Below, in pieces: positions 28,803 through 46,359 of a stretch of 64,000 bases of DNA (the stretch's first letter is position 1; every line of letters begins with the position of its first letter). Both the position numbers and the translations under genes were made by a program. The notes beneath the pieces are model-generated. The model was not told where the DNA came from and made no database searches. It saw only the letters and a program-made list of their open reading frames with translations. The stretch is from the human T2T-CHM13v2.0 reference genome, Homo sapiens. The stretch lies in NCBI RefSeq assembly GCF_009914755.1, contig NC_060933.1; one strand, 5' to 3'.

Positions 28803-29196
28803 TGCCGTTGTTCGTTGTGTGTTGTTATAACTGAATACCACAGTCTGGGTAATTTATAAAGAATACAGGTTTATTTAGCTCTTGGTTCTGGAAGCTGGGA
28901 AAATCCAGGGTTCATAGGCTGGCATCTGGTGAGGGTCTTCGTGTTGTGTTATCCCACTGCAGAAACGTGGGAGGGCAAGCCAGTGCAGGCAAAAAAGAGA
29001 AAGCAGGAGTCCAGGTTCACTTTATAACAACTCACTCTCTTGGTAACTAACCCACTCCTACAATAACAACATTAACCCATGCGAGCTCTACCTTCATGAT
29101 CCAATCCCCTGTCATTAGGCCCCACCTGCCAACACTGCCACACTGCTACTCAGTTTCAGCATGAATTTTGGAGGTACAAACACCCAAACCATAGCA
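28803..29196 (-). mobile_element. MST (MSTB/D-like) MaLR LTR
   Basis: tataactgaataccacagtctgggtaatttataaagaa..ggcatctggtgagggtctt..caaaccatagca. Confidence 0.8.
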
Positions 29197-29737
29197 GGAG
29201 CTGTGGTATGTAATTATTTCATATACTTCTGGATCCTATTTGCAAATATTTTATTTAGAATTTTTGCATTTATATTAATCTGAAATGTTTGATTTAGAAT
29301 TTGTATTTATAAGTGAAATTCATGTATAGTATTAGTCTGTCTTTATCTGATTTGTGTATTATGGCATAGAATTGAAAATGAGCTGAGAAACTCTTTATCC
29401 TTCTCAGTGGCCTAGAATAGCACAGCAGTGATCTGTTTTCCTCAGTCATTGACTGAGGCTTGGTCTTTGCTTCTGCAGAATGAGAACCACAGATCTTTTC
29501 TGCTTTCAGAACTGCTAAGAAGATGAAATGCACATGAAAATATTTTTCAAATTCTGACATGCTATACAAATTGTTGTTAAAATAATTATTACTTGCATTC
29601 TACATTCAAAGTTTGAACTGTTTTTATGTTTAAGGCTGTATTGCATCCAAATACTCTATTTTTCCTTTATTCTTTCATTTTCTATGTACTTTGCAAATTC
29701 TGGAAATTGACTTGGAAATTCAGTATAATTAAGAGCT

Positions 29738-30057
<320 letters not shown>

Positions 30058-30243
30058 TCAATTTTTGTTTCTGACATGTATTAGTTTTGTGACCTTTGTT
30101 CCAATCGCTAAATATTTTTAAGCCTCAGTTTCTTTGTCTATGAAATGGGGACAATAGAACCTACCTGATGGGCTTGTTGTGAGGGTGAAGATATTTTGAT
30201 CCCCCTCTTAAGCATACTTGTAAACTAAGTTAGCTATTATTAC

Positions 30244-31762
30244 TGTTATGGGATTCTTGGGGTGTTGTTTTGCCAGCTGGAAATCTCTGTGGCCAGTGAC
30301 ACTTTTGCCTGAGTTTTGCTCAGGCCTGCTGGGTTCATTTGGCCCACTCAACCTGGCAGGCTGTGCTCGGCTAGCCCTATTGGACTGGATCCCATGCCTG
30401 CCAAGGGTGAGCCAGGCACGGAGTGGTGAGGGATGTGTGGGCGAGCGTGGGGTCCAGCCACTGTGCATAGCCAGGCATGCTTGGCTGTGTGGGGCAGGCA
30501 GCTCCAGGCACCAGCATGGGCGCTGGCTCCCTGCAAGACTGCATCTGGTCCAGGAGTACCATAAGCAGCTTCCACTGAGGTTGGCACTGAAGAACACCAT
30601 GTTACCTGGAAGCTTGGAGACACCAGGAACTGCAGAGCCCCAAAAAGGGTGTCACAGCCCTGGCTTGGAGCTCTTAGGTCTGGGCTCCCCGAGCGCTGCA
30701 GCTCTTCTTTCCTTCTTTCCTTCTTGTTGCCTGAAATGTGGCAAGGAAGGGGCATGTGTCAGCCCTATTTGTGTTACAGCTCTTTTAGCTCTGCCATTTG
30801 GCAGGTCTCAAGTTCTTGTCCTGCATTCAGGAAGAATGAGGTATGCAGACAAGTGGAGGGTGAGCAAGGCGAAGGGAGATTTATTGACCTGCAGAACACC
30901 TTAGAGATACGCACATTGGGTAGCTCCTCTCCAGTGGGCAGTGTTCAGCTCTCAGAAAGGAGACCCTGGAGTGGGTAGCTCCTCTCTGCAGCTGGTCCTC
31001 CTGTTGTGTCTTAGGGTCTGGCTAAGTCCAGGGCTTTTATGGGCCTCAGAGGGGAGGAAGTGCATGCTGATTGGTCCATAGGCAGCCATGGGCCCTGGAA
31101 AAAGCACCACAAGTTCCCACTTCAGTCTGTGGGACTGGCAGAATTGCCCCCAGGCTTCAGGTCCTCTCCAGCTTGAAGGTGGGGCTTCACCAAGGACCTG
31201 CCCCCTTCCACCCAGGAGCCTGTTTGCCTCCTGCCCCCATTCATGATGTCCAGGCTGTTGGTGCCAAGGTGCTCCTGCAGGCCAGCACTGAGCTCTCCTC
31301 AGCTCCCTGCTCAGCCTCCCTCCCATGCGCCTCAGCGTCCAAAGTGGGGAGGGAGCCAAGGCAGCAGAGAGCTGGTGGTACACACAACAGGCTGGGTGCA
31401 GGGAGAGTGGGTGCAGGGAGAATGGGTGCAGGGAGCAGGGAGAGGCCAAGCAGCAGAAGCAGACACCTCCATGCCTGCCCAGACACAGGGGCCTTCCCAG
31501 GTCCCTGAGAGTGCAGAAATGTCTGGGTCTGCAGTGGCAGCTTGGGTGGCTACAGCTGTACTCTTGGCCCTCAAGAGCACAAGGAGGCCTGGGTCCACAG
31601 CCTGACTTGGGCAGCTGCAGCTGCATCTGCATCCAGGAGGGCGGGGTTCCTGCCTGCTCCTAGCTCCTGTGGGCTCTGTGGAGCACATAGCCCAGCTGCG
31701 CCTCCCCTGCTGCAGCCAGTGTCCTGGCAGCAGCCACTCCAGGTGGGCCACTGCTGCCATCA
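30244..31762 (-). mobile_element. Solo MER52-family (ERV1) LTR
   Basis: Minus strand runs tgatggcagcagtggccc..cccataaca; CCAAT near 31070 and TATA-like box near 31036 on minus; 4-bp TSD ttac 30240-30243 / 31763-31766. Confidence 0.9.
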
Positions 31763-32770
31763 TTACTATCAATAATAAGATTATTTTTGTAGATTGACTC
31801 TGAATTACTTGAGAGCTGGGATGAGTGTGACTTTTGACTAAGAAGTTTATTAATATCCTATCTTTAGTAGGTGGAAAGGATTTCAATTCCAGGTTTCCCC
31901 CATATGGCATTCTGATACACACTAAATATTATTTTTCTAGTAAATCTACAGTTTAGCTACTACAAGTTTTGTGATTCTTAGCCATTTCGGGAAGAATTTG
32001 ATGACTTTCTCATAGTTTGGTGCTCTGGAATTTGAAACGGAAAGGCAAATATTCAGAGCTGTGTCATTACATTTAGGCACTACTTCAACTAGCATCTTCA
32101 TTGAAAGAGAGGGAAAAAGAGATCTTAAAAAGTTTTAGTTTCTTTCCTCCAGCTATGCATCCTTCCTGCTAATCATAGTCCTGACTGATTTATATCTGTG
32201 ATCCAGATGTCCCCAAAGCAGGGCCCAACATGACAGAAAATGAAGCAAATCAAGGAACGTTGCTTTTTTTCTCGAGGTCAGCCACACCCCAAACTCTAAT
32301 AAGCAAGTTCTGGACTCACATCCTGCCACAGAAAGTTGGTTTTCCAGAAAAATTTTAAAGGGGAATTTATTCTTATTTCCCAAATAAGCCTGAAGACAAG
32401 TTATGCCATTTCCACTTGGTGCCCAGTCAGAGTAGCTGACTGCAAAGGGAAAACCTAAACCTTTCAGATGCGTTTTCTTAGTGAGCATTTTACCTTAGGC
32501 TTAGCCATTGTGGTTATTTCCGCGTTTGGATCAAGCCAGCGTGTTCCGAGCCACATTATTGACAGAGGGTCTTGTTTTTGTTCATTCACCAGAGTGGAAA
32601 ATCATAGGATTCTTGTAATGAGCAGTCTAGAAAAATAGCAACAAACAGATGTGTCTTCTGTGGCCAGAAAGTTTTAAACCTAGGAGACCCTCTTGAGGAG
32701 TAAGGGACTGGAGATGTGTGTGCAGAAATGCTTGACTATGCAGCAGTTCACGCGGACAGAGGCAACTGGA

Positions 32771-32780
32771 GTGACGTCAC
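32771..32780. promoter_or_regulatory. Full CRE (TGACGTCA) within a 10-bp palindrome
   Basis: gtgacgtcac, ending about 60 bp before LTR12C; motif only, function untested. Confidence 0.45.
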
Positions 32781-32841
32781 GTAATTGCTGTTTTTCTTTA
32801 ACATTTTGTGTGAAGTGAGGAAGACTATTTTAGTGTGGCTA

Positions 32842-34222
32842 TGAGAGGTGACAGCGTGCTGGCAGTCCTCACAGCCCTGGCTCGCTCTCGGCGCCTCCTC
32901 TGCCTAGGCTCCCACTTTGGTGGCACTTGAGGAGCCCTTCAGCCCACCCCTGCACTGTGGGAGCCCCTTTCTGGGCTGGCCAAGGCCAGAGCCGGCTCCC
33001 TCAGCTTGCGGGGAGGTGTGAAGGGAGAGGCGCGAGCGGGAACCGGGACTGCGCGCGGCGTTTGCGGCCAGCTGGAGTTCCGGGTGGGCGTGGGCTTGGC
33101 GGGCCCCGCACTAGGAGCAGCCGGCGGGCCCTGCCGGCCTCAGGCAATGAGGGGCTTAGCATCCAGCCCAGTGGCTGCGGAGGGTGTACTGGGTCCCCTA
33201 GCAGTGCCAGTCCACTGGCACTGCACTCAATTTCTCACCGGGCCTTAGCTGCCTTCCCGCAGGGCAGGGTTTGGGACCTGCAGCCCGCCATGCCTGAGCC
33301 TCCCACCCCCTCCATGGGCTCCTGTGCAGCCCGAGCCTCCCCGATGAGCGCGGCCCCCTGCTCCACGGCGCCCAGTCCCATGGACCACCCAAGGGCTGAG
33401 GAGTGCGGGGGCATGGCAAGGGACTGGCAGGCAGTTCCACCTGCATCCCCCGTGCGGCATCCACTGGGTGAAGCCAGTTGGGCTCCTGAGTCTGGTGGGG
33501 ACGTGGAGAATCTTTATGTCTAGCTCAGGGATTGTAAATTCACCAATCGGCACTCTGTATCTAGCTCAAGGTTTGTAAACACACCAATCAGCACCCTGTG
33601 CCTAGCTCAGGGTTTGTGAATGCACCAATCGGCACTCTGTATCTAGCTCAAGGTTTGTAAACACACCAATCAGCACCCTGTGTCTAGCTCGGGGTTTGTG
33701 AATGCACCAATCGACACTCTGTATCTAGCTACTCTGGTGGGGCCTTGGAGAACCTTTGTGTCCACACTCTGTATCTAGTTAATCTGGTGGGGAGGTGGAG
33801 AACCTTTGTGTCTAGCTCAGGGATTGTAAATGCACCAATCAGCACCCTGTCAAAACAGACCACTCAGCTCTACCAATCAGCAGGATGTGGGTGGGGCCAG
33901 ATAAGAGAATAAAAGCAGGCTGCCCGAGCCAGCAAGTGGCAACCTGCTCGGGTGTCTTTCCACACCGTGGAAGGTTTGTTCTTTCGCTCTTTGCAATAAA
34001 TCTTGCTACTGCTCACTCTTTGGGTCCACACTGCTTTTATGAGCTGTAACACTCACCGCGAAAGTCTGCAGCTTCACTCCTGAAGCCAGCGAGACCACGA
34101 GCCCACCGGAAGGAGTGAACAACTCCAGACGCTCCGCCTTAAGAGCTGTAACACTCACCGCGAGGGTCTGCGGCTTCATTCTTGGAGTCAGTGAGACCAA
34201 AAACCCATCAAGTCCGGACACA
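32842..34222 (+). mobile_element. Solo LTR12C (ERV9) LTR
   Basis: Start tgagaggtgacagcgtgctggcagtcc, end ccggacaca; CpG-rich U3; 7 CCAAT boxes 33543-33877; AGATAA 33899 plus AATAAAA box; 4-bp TSD gcta. Confidence 0.96.
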
Positions 34223-34440
34223 GCTATATGACCAGCCAAATGATGGATTTATTTCTCTGGCTTCCATCAAAAGCATCTAAAATATGTGTATTTTTGACCT
34301 GGTGACAAAAGCTGTCTCTTATAATTGTTCCCTCCTTCACCTCAACCTTCACATCTGTCTTAATTTGGAAAGTTTTGGGGGATTTTTCTGATCATTTTGG
34401 TGGCATAAGTGTGCAAGCCTTTTGTGACCATCACTAATTG

Positions 34441-34628
34441 CCAGTGTGGGAGGCAGCTTGCATCGGCTCTCACTGGCTCATGAGAGCTGGCTGCATCTTC
34501 TCCAAAACCTATGCTCAGTGTAGCCATTTTGGTAGCTTGACATCAGCCATAGTGCGAGTATTTACGCATGGGAATCAGTAGATGCTACAAATCATCCACC
34601 AGGAGAGTTGTCATCAAACACTTCCTGG
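34441..34628. mobile_element. MER63A-like hAT MITE
   Basis: ggctcatgagagc..ttggtagcttgacatcagccatagtgcgagtatttac..gctacaaatca. Confidence 0.65.
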
Positions 34629-35094
34629 CTCTCTGCCTCCTATCATATTTTTCAAAACTTGATCAGTTGAGGCTGGGCTGCTATTCTAAGACATTCGCTT
34701 CTTGTACTCCACAATCTATGAAGATGGCTTCTTGGAAATCCCCTTCCTTGGAAAAGGAAATGAGTTTTATTTCTGTGGTGAGCATGTGGCTTCCTGCCTC
34801 CATTTACCTTTCACTGGATAATTGCACCCCTACTTCCACCTTCTGTTTGCGCATCATTCCATCTTTCATCAACAGCCTGGGGCTTTGGTTGGTGTCCACT
34901 CCTGGCTCAGACATGGAGCTTGTTACTTAGGTCAAAGCCCATCAGAGCATTGTCTTCCTCTGGCTAGAGTAACTGGTTCAGGTACGGGCATGTGGCCCCT
35001 GTGGCATGATGATGCGTTTGAGACTTTTGCTGCAACTTCTGGAAGAGGGACATGTGCTTTTTCTACTGGAATTGAATGACAAGATATAAAATTA

Positions 35095-36763
<1,669 letters not shown>

Positions 36764-38459
36764 AGATTGGAGTTGCTGCTTCCATTTTATTACCACAAGA
36801 GCACAAACACAGGCAAGCAAAGCAGCTCCAAGGGAGTGGCCTCGAGGGATGGAGGAATGCCACCGGGGCCTGGTGGCAGTGTCCCTCTTTTGACGTCCTG
36901 TCTGAAGCCCACTCTTGGCGCCAACTTTTCAGTTATGCGATCCAGCATATTTCCTTCTTACTTAAGACATCCTGGGCTGGGTTTTCTATCACTGTCCTCC
37001 AAAGAACTTTCTCTGGTATAACTGAGACTATTAACCCTGTTGTTAGTTGAAGGAAATCAACTCCAGGTTTCCATAACCTGGAATGACACAGCCGACTTTA
37101 CCCATATCCATTTTATAAAAGTCTAACAGTAATTCTTAGATAATATCATTTATTTATTAATATCTATCAATCCTAATTTGAACACAAATGAACAGGAGCC
37201 TGGAGGAACTTAAACGATGAACTTTTTGTTTAATTTGTTGCCTGAATCTTCAGAAACAGGATGTGGTTCCAAGAAACAGGGAACATTTGGACAATCCTAC
37301 AATTCATCAGTGGTGGCCTCTCATGACAAGCACTCTTATGATATTTGGACAGATTCCTCTAAGCCAAGGAAGAACATACTCTTTCTGCCATTGCCCAAAT
37401 CCATGTGTCATTGAGCCCTATGGGGAAAACGCCCTTCTTTGATCTACAGAGGACACTGTGTTAGTAACCACAGTGTAATTCCCTACATTCTCATTGTTGG
37501 GCAAGAAAGATGAGGCTAATTGGATTCATGCCCTTTCCCCAGCCCCAGATTTGCCAGCAGTGTGATCTTGTGCAGTGCTTTACACATGGCAGGTTTTCAA
37601 AAACTGTCAATAAGCGCATTGGATGGATAACCAATGAACAAGTAAATCGCCTGATATAGTGAGCCCTCCAGGGTGCAAAAACAATGTATGTCTATTAGCC
37701 AACAATGTAGGTGCCACTAATACTGAAATACTAGTATTAAATATTTGTTTTAGCTTTAAAAGAATTAAGGAACTGTTAGAACACAGGTTCTTTATTCCAT
37801 TGATTGTAATTTTGCTTATTTCCATTTTCACAGGAAGAAGATAATGTTCTTAAACCACTCTTGGTGAAACAAATGCACTTATCATCTCCCCTTCCTACGC
37901 CACTTCCAAACCCAATTCTCTCCAGTGGCTGGTGATGCTCACGTAAGATTGCATGGCCAGGGCAGCTTTAGAGAAGAGCTGGCTGGTTTCCCTGGTTAAA
38001 ATCACAGCAGTCTCAGTGCTGATGAGGGTAGTGAGTTTAAACTTGAATGAGGCAAGTAGTATCATAAAAGGAAAAATAAGAAAATATTTCACTGTATCAT
38101 GATCAGTTGCAGCAAGCAACCCTAAACCTGGCTTTGCAGATGGCAAGCCTATTTGTTTTGTCACAAGTAGACAGGGCAAGATACCACAAACCCCTTGTCA
38201 TATCCTCTGATGAGGCTCAGCAATGGCATCTGAATCTGTAGAACGGGCACATTTTAGTTTGCAAGAACTCACCAGTAAAGCCCAAACTAATAAACCAGGT
38301 CCTTCACATTTCCTTTAATTATATAAGGATTTTCTTTGTGTTTCTGTCTTTACACTTGAAGACCCATGAAATCCTTGGAATCCAAAGGTTTTCCGTGGCC
38401 TTCAGATGAAACAGTTATAAAAGGAGCAACATCACTGTCAATTCAGTAACAGTATAGGT

Positions 38460-39085
38460 CAGAAGTTCTCAAACTTTCTTAGTTCATGGCTCCCTTCATT
38501 TCCCAGTAAGTTTCCTTGTGACACTCAAAGCCAAAAGAAACACCCAACAGTTCCATTTATGAAGTAAGTCCAAACACCTTAATAATATTTATGTTCTAAC
38601 AACTCAGTAGCTGTTTGAAAAAATAAGACACATAGATTGAAAGAAAAAATATCATTTTATTTCATTCTTTAATAACCACAATCGTGGGATGTGTAAGCCT
38701 GTTGGCATTGCCTGACTTCCCAAATGTTGGAATCAGATTGACCATCTCCCCATCATTTCCTCATCCACATTGGTTTTCATGCAGTACTGGCTTTTTATCA
38801 CAAAAACCACTGGAAACCTAGGTTTTACAAAAATATGATATCATGAAAAGGAATCTAGCATAATCTCATGTTGAAACTGTGAATTCTGCTCAGCTATTAG
38901 TTCACTGAGTGTCTGACAGATGTTAAGTAGCTTTGTATTTCCTTCAAAATTTTAAAATATTCTGTTGGTTGGGCACAGTGGCTCATGCCTGTAATCCCAG
39001 CACTTTGGGAGGTCAAGGCAGCCAGATCGCTTGAGCTCACGAGTTTGAGACCAGCCTGGGTAACATGACAAAACCTTGTCTCTAC

Positions 39086-39128
<43 letters not shown>

Positions 39129-39357
39129 CCAGATGTGGTGGCATGTGCCTATAGTCCCAGGTACTCAGGAGGCTGAGATGGGAGGATCACTTGAGTTCAG
39201 GAGGCATAGGTTGCAGTGAGCCAAGGTCATGCCACTGCACTCCAGCCTGGATGACAGAGTAAGACTCCGTCTCAAAAAAAAAAAAAAAGCCTGTCATATT
39301 CTTGGATGTTTACTGCAGCAACCCTGGGTGCCTTGACACACAGTCTAAGAGCCACAG
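38460..39357. mobile_element. MER119-like hAT-Charlie element interrupted by an Alu
   Basis: cagaagttctcaaactttcttagttcatggc..gccaaaagaaa..ttggaatcagattg..tgttgaaactgtgaa; degenerate 8-bp TSD gtataggt / gcataagc. Confidence 0.75.
38967..39288 (+). mobile_element. AluJ with middle linker expanded to A40
   Basis: J-type ggaggatcacttgag; poly(A) 39088-39127 between the arms. Confidence 0.93.
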
Positions 39358-40353
39358 GCATAAGCAATATTAATAAACACCGTTGGGTCATCATTAACAG
39401 TGACAATCTTTATCATCCTTAAGTAGTTATTTTGAAAGCTGTGCTTCATTGTGTTTTTCTTTGATGTCTAAATGTTCTGAACAGCTGTAATACTTTTTTT
39501 TTTTGCAAAAAAACTTCCACTCTATTGGTACTAGGGTCAAAACAAGTAGTTCTCTCTCCTACAGTTTTGAGGACCTCATCCATATTTCAGCATGAACAGG
39601 TTAACTTTTGTCATTAAAGTTCATGCTTTTCATAAAAGACCATATGGGGAAGTTGTTGAACTACATTGAACTGGTAATTGAACCATGATGGAACAGATAG
39701 AGAATGAGTAGCAGAAGAAGGAGAGCAGTGAGATGTGGGAAGAATTGACCTTTAAGTGAAAGGAGAATTGGGAACCTCCATTCACCCTTTAAGATTGAAC
39801 TCTTGAATAATGTCCCCAGCAAGCCTTCCTGCATCCTCCCCCTTGGAGGAACCACTTTGTGCTGACCCCATCACATCCATCACGCTGTACTACAGCTGCT
39901 GGCTCCCCACCAGCCTCGCCCCCTACCTGGAGCTCCTAGGAAGCAGGGGCTATTCTGTCCTTTGTCTTTGTCATCCAAGAACCAAGCAGAATTCCTCACC
40001 ATGACTGACTAGATGAATCACAATATTAATAATAAGAACTAGAAGAGTTTTTTAAAAATGGTGCAGAGTGTTGAAGGGGAAGTAATGTTTAGGCTGGATC
40101 TCTAAGAAAACATAGGAATTAACCCAGAAATCTCAGACGGAGGGGAGGCTGAGGAGGCATTCCAGGCACTCAGAAGAGTATGTGTGAATTCTGGGAGGTG
40201 GGGCCTAAAATGGAATCTTTGAAAATAGGCAAAAAGTCCTGTTGGGTTGAGAGGAGAAGGAATGTCTAGAAGGGGCAGAAGTTAAGAGTGGAGAGCTAAG
40301 TTTGGGCTGGACCATTAAATGTCTTGTAGGCCATTGTAAGGAGTGTGAGTTTG

Positions 40354-41561
<1,208 letters not shown>

Positions 41562-42684
41562 GTGGGTTTGCTCTACTAGGCAATGGTGAGCCCCTGCTGG
41601 GTTCTGTATGGGACATCAAGATAATTGTGCTTGTACAGGAAGTGGACCAGGCAGACTGAGCGGCTGGGGAGAGAATGAAGATCTGGAGATGAGTTACGTA
41701 ACTATTGGAATAGCCCAGGATGGAGAGGAGATGGGCGTCCTTCAAGGGCTCTAGGCCTCTGGCTCCATGCCTTTCATTAGCCTTTCATGTGAAAAGTGTT
41801 GCTATGACATGACAGGACTTAAAAAAAAATAACTTTAAACGTACAGAAAAATTGCAAAAATAGTAGTGTGTTCCCACGTAGTATTTACCCAGCTTTCCCT
41901 AAAGCAAACATCTTCCAAATGTAGAGTACAGTTATCAAAACCAGGAAATTCATTTTGCTAAAACACGCGTAACCAATCTATAAACTGTCATTTTGTTTCA
42001 GATAGATGTAGGTTGGCAAATAGTAACATATGGCTTTCTGATCCCGTCTGCTAACCACAAGACAGACATTGCTAATTGATCACATCACTCTTCTCCCAAG
42101 CTTGGATGCAGCATCATAATCTTTCTTAAGTAAAATCAGGCAACCACTCCTTATCTATCAGACAATCCAAAATATGACCCCCATTTGCCATCTTGGAACT
42201 GGATTTCCATAGAAACACTTAAATATATTAAGTAGAATATTAAGCTTTCTGCTAGCATATAAACAATCCCATCACTTCACTATAAATAGCACAGACTATA
42301 ACTGAGTATAGGTCAGGTTGTAACTGAATACGTAGAGGAGCTTTTCCTAGTCGATCCACCTCTTGTTTTAAAGGAAAGAGACTTATCTCACTGCCTTTCT
42401 TTTTTGGGGTCCCCTGAGGCTGGATTTCCTCTCCCCTGTGGGTGTGGCTCTCTCAGAGTTGTTTTCCTGGCTCTCCTGCCCCCTGGAACAGAAGTTCCCT
42501 AAGGAGAGTGCAGGTGCTGTCTGACACCTTTGTACCCTCAGAGCCTGGCACCAGGGTGGTTACATGTGAACATCTGGCAAGCCAGCATAGGCGCCTTATG
42601 CTGGAATAACACATCTAGTGACCTAAGGCAACAAGTTTATTTCTTGCTGAGAGGCTCTCCTCGTAGAATTACTTCAGGGACAGT

Positions 42685-43207
<523 letters not shown>

Positions 43208-44706
43208 TCACCTCAGTATCCTGGGGTAATGTTTGTGAGTGAATGCAGTGATGCCTGTCTTTTTTGCTTAAAAACTGAAATGAGAACCTCAAAACCCAGG
43301 CTTCTGCCTTCCCTGCAGCTTGAAAAAAGCCAGAACAGAGAGACAATTACACTAAAAAGTACATTTTCAGGTCAGCAATATAAATTTCCATCATTATCTT
43401 TGTTTCCCCAGTCACAAGGGATTAATTGTCTCCCTTCAAAAGCAAGATCTATCCCTGGGGCATCAGAAAAACCTGGAAACTTGCTCAAGGGCTTATATTT
43501 ATTCATAAACACTTAAGCAGTCTGCCCCTACAATTGTTTCAGATTAACTTATTTCCAAAGAAGACATGCCCAGTTTCCTCTTTTAAAAAACTAAATGGAC
43601 TGGAACTTTACTTTTAGGAACATATTTAGGCTGAGCATAATGAAGTTTTATTTATTCAACTCTAAACACTGAATATCCACTAAAGAGACAGTGTACCTTT
43701 CTCACATGCTATAGTACCAAGCATACAGTGTACAGGTGCCCAATAAGTATTTGTTGTTGAATTGGTTTTCACTCTAACTGTCTCCAAGAAAAAACCTAGC
43801 AAGGCAGTCTCAGCATCTTCTGAGTCTAAATAAAGAAAAAAAATTATAATAGAATCCTGAAAACTAGAAGAAATCTGGACAGGTCTTTGCAGGGGATCAT
43901 AAGCTCCCTCCTTTTCTTTTTCTATGGGCCAGGAAGCCATTCTTTTCTGAGACTTGACTTAATCCTGTGGTACTTTCAAAAGACTTGCTAAAAGTTTCCC
44001 ACCATTAAGTGTAATAAGGATACAAATCCTTGTTTTAACTTTGGTTTATTTTCCTAGTGCTTTTACTCATTGTTATTATGACTGGGCTTGGGGAAAATGT
44101 AAGAGACTCCTTGTACCTCTAGAATTGCTTGGACATAAAAGGCAATTGCTATGCTGGACGTTCTGTTTTCCATCACCCATGGCCACTTTGGCCCCTGAGC
44201 AGGGATGTGGCATGTCCCCATCATGAGCCAGTCCTGCAGTATGGTGTGGACAATAGCAGAGTAGGAAAAGGTTTTGTGGAAACTGCAACCTCCACAGCAT
44301 GACACATAAGACCTTCCATGATCTGGCCCCTGTCTATCTTTCCAGTCTTGTCTCCTATTACTCCCTTTTCTATATAGAGTGAGATGATAAATTCCCCAAC
44401 GACAGGGATTGTGCCTGTCTCATTCAACATCAAACCCTTAAAACGGATGGCAGGAGTGTTTCATAAATACCCGCTGAGTGAGAGAAACTGCTGTAGTCTG
44501 GGCACAGGGCTTTCTCTTTCCCAGTGCTATGCCTTCCCACAGGCTGTTCCCCAGTCTTGGCAAATTCTTACCACTCTTGGCTTAGCCCTCACCTCCTCTG
44601 TGCACCTCCTCCAGCCTCTCAGGCAGAGCTGATGGCTTCTTTACTTCTGTGATGTTGTGAACGTGGCCCTGGGATAGCACTATTGTTGTTCTATAATATT
44701 CTACTG

Positions 44707-45025
<319 letters not shown>

Positions 45026-46359
45026 TCATTCACTGAACAGACAGCTCCTTAATAACAGAATATTTGTCTTATTCATCTCCTTATTCCAGAGCCTGGATGA
45101 GTGCCTGGCATAGAGCCTTTGTGTTGGTGGCTTTTTGGTTATAAAAGCTCCCCTGTATCTTCACTAATACAGGTTCTTAGAGTTAGGATCACACGACCAA
45201 GAGAGAGATTTACAGCAGACATCTAATCAATGAGGGCTGGTATGACATGCCAAGCAAGTGTAAGATCTGATGAACCTGCCAGGTTCTCCAGGCCAATGCA
45301 ATTGCTCAGCGCTGCGTTGCTAGGGGTGTAGGTGCATGCCCGTCTTGTGAGGCACCGTCAACTCCACCAGTGGGTGAGATGCTCCTCTCCACTGCTACTG
45401 TTTGCTTCCCTGTGGAGGGAGCTCAGCTAGTGTGACACTCCAAGCCTCTTTCTCCCACTTTATTTACTGCATCCCAGGAATGTGGAAAGACTTTCTTTTT
45501 CACAAATTTGGGAGAAATACATTGGGCTTGCTCATTTCAATCCCTCTCTACTTTCTTTCGGGGGAGAGAGGCTCACAGGAAGCGTGTGTTTTCCTACGCT
45601 CCTCTGCATCTTAAGTTTTGCTCACATCAGCTGTCCCACTGTCACCCAATGCTGTCTGTGACCAGGTGATGAAGTCTGCCTCATTCTGGGGTTCATAGGG
45701 TAAGCCCATGAGGCTGTAAGACCAGAAACTGCCGTCTCGACATTGTCAGCTTTGACAGAACCAATGTGCTGTTTCAATCCCCAGTTCAGGTGCATTTTGG
45801 GGGGTTTTTTGGTCAATATTTTTAGAACTTAGGTAGGGAAAAGGGTGGCTTCTACCTATTTCTGCTCAAAAGACCCAAGCCGATTCCATGGGATGGCTGC
45901 AGGTTTCCAGGAGACAAGATTGAGCTCATGGTGTATCTCACATCTGCTCAGAGCCCACGCCGCTACCAGCTCAGGGTGGTCCTGGCAAAATGGGGTGGGG
46001 GTTCCTCCAGGCACCCTGCTCTTGGGCTTCTGGGTGTGTTCCTTTTCTGTGCTGGTTGCAGGACACCCTGTGCGTATCCCAACCACACAAGCATGTGCCT
46101 TCCTAGACAGTAACTGGAGCCTCAAAATTATTCCTGTCCTCTCTTTTCCTTTAGAGAACCAAAACTCCTTTCCCCCAGGGCTCTCAGCAACCAAGAAAAA
46201 ACATCTTCTGATCCACTAATTCGCACAAGGAATTAGAGCCCAAAGAAATCAATTAGAGGTACAACCACTCCTCGGGATACTTATATCTTCACACAACATT
46301 TAGAAGGCAGAAATACATTTGTTTGCGTCAAAACACTCAAATCAAAGAAGTAAACTCGT

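Noticed and set aside
30208-33553. Many 100-226 aa ORFs in both directions
   Set aside because: They fall within the GC-rich MER52 and LTR12C LTRs, where stop codons are rare; no protein family similarity
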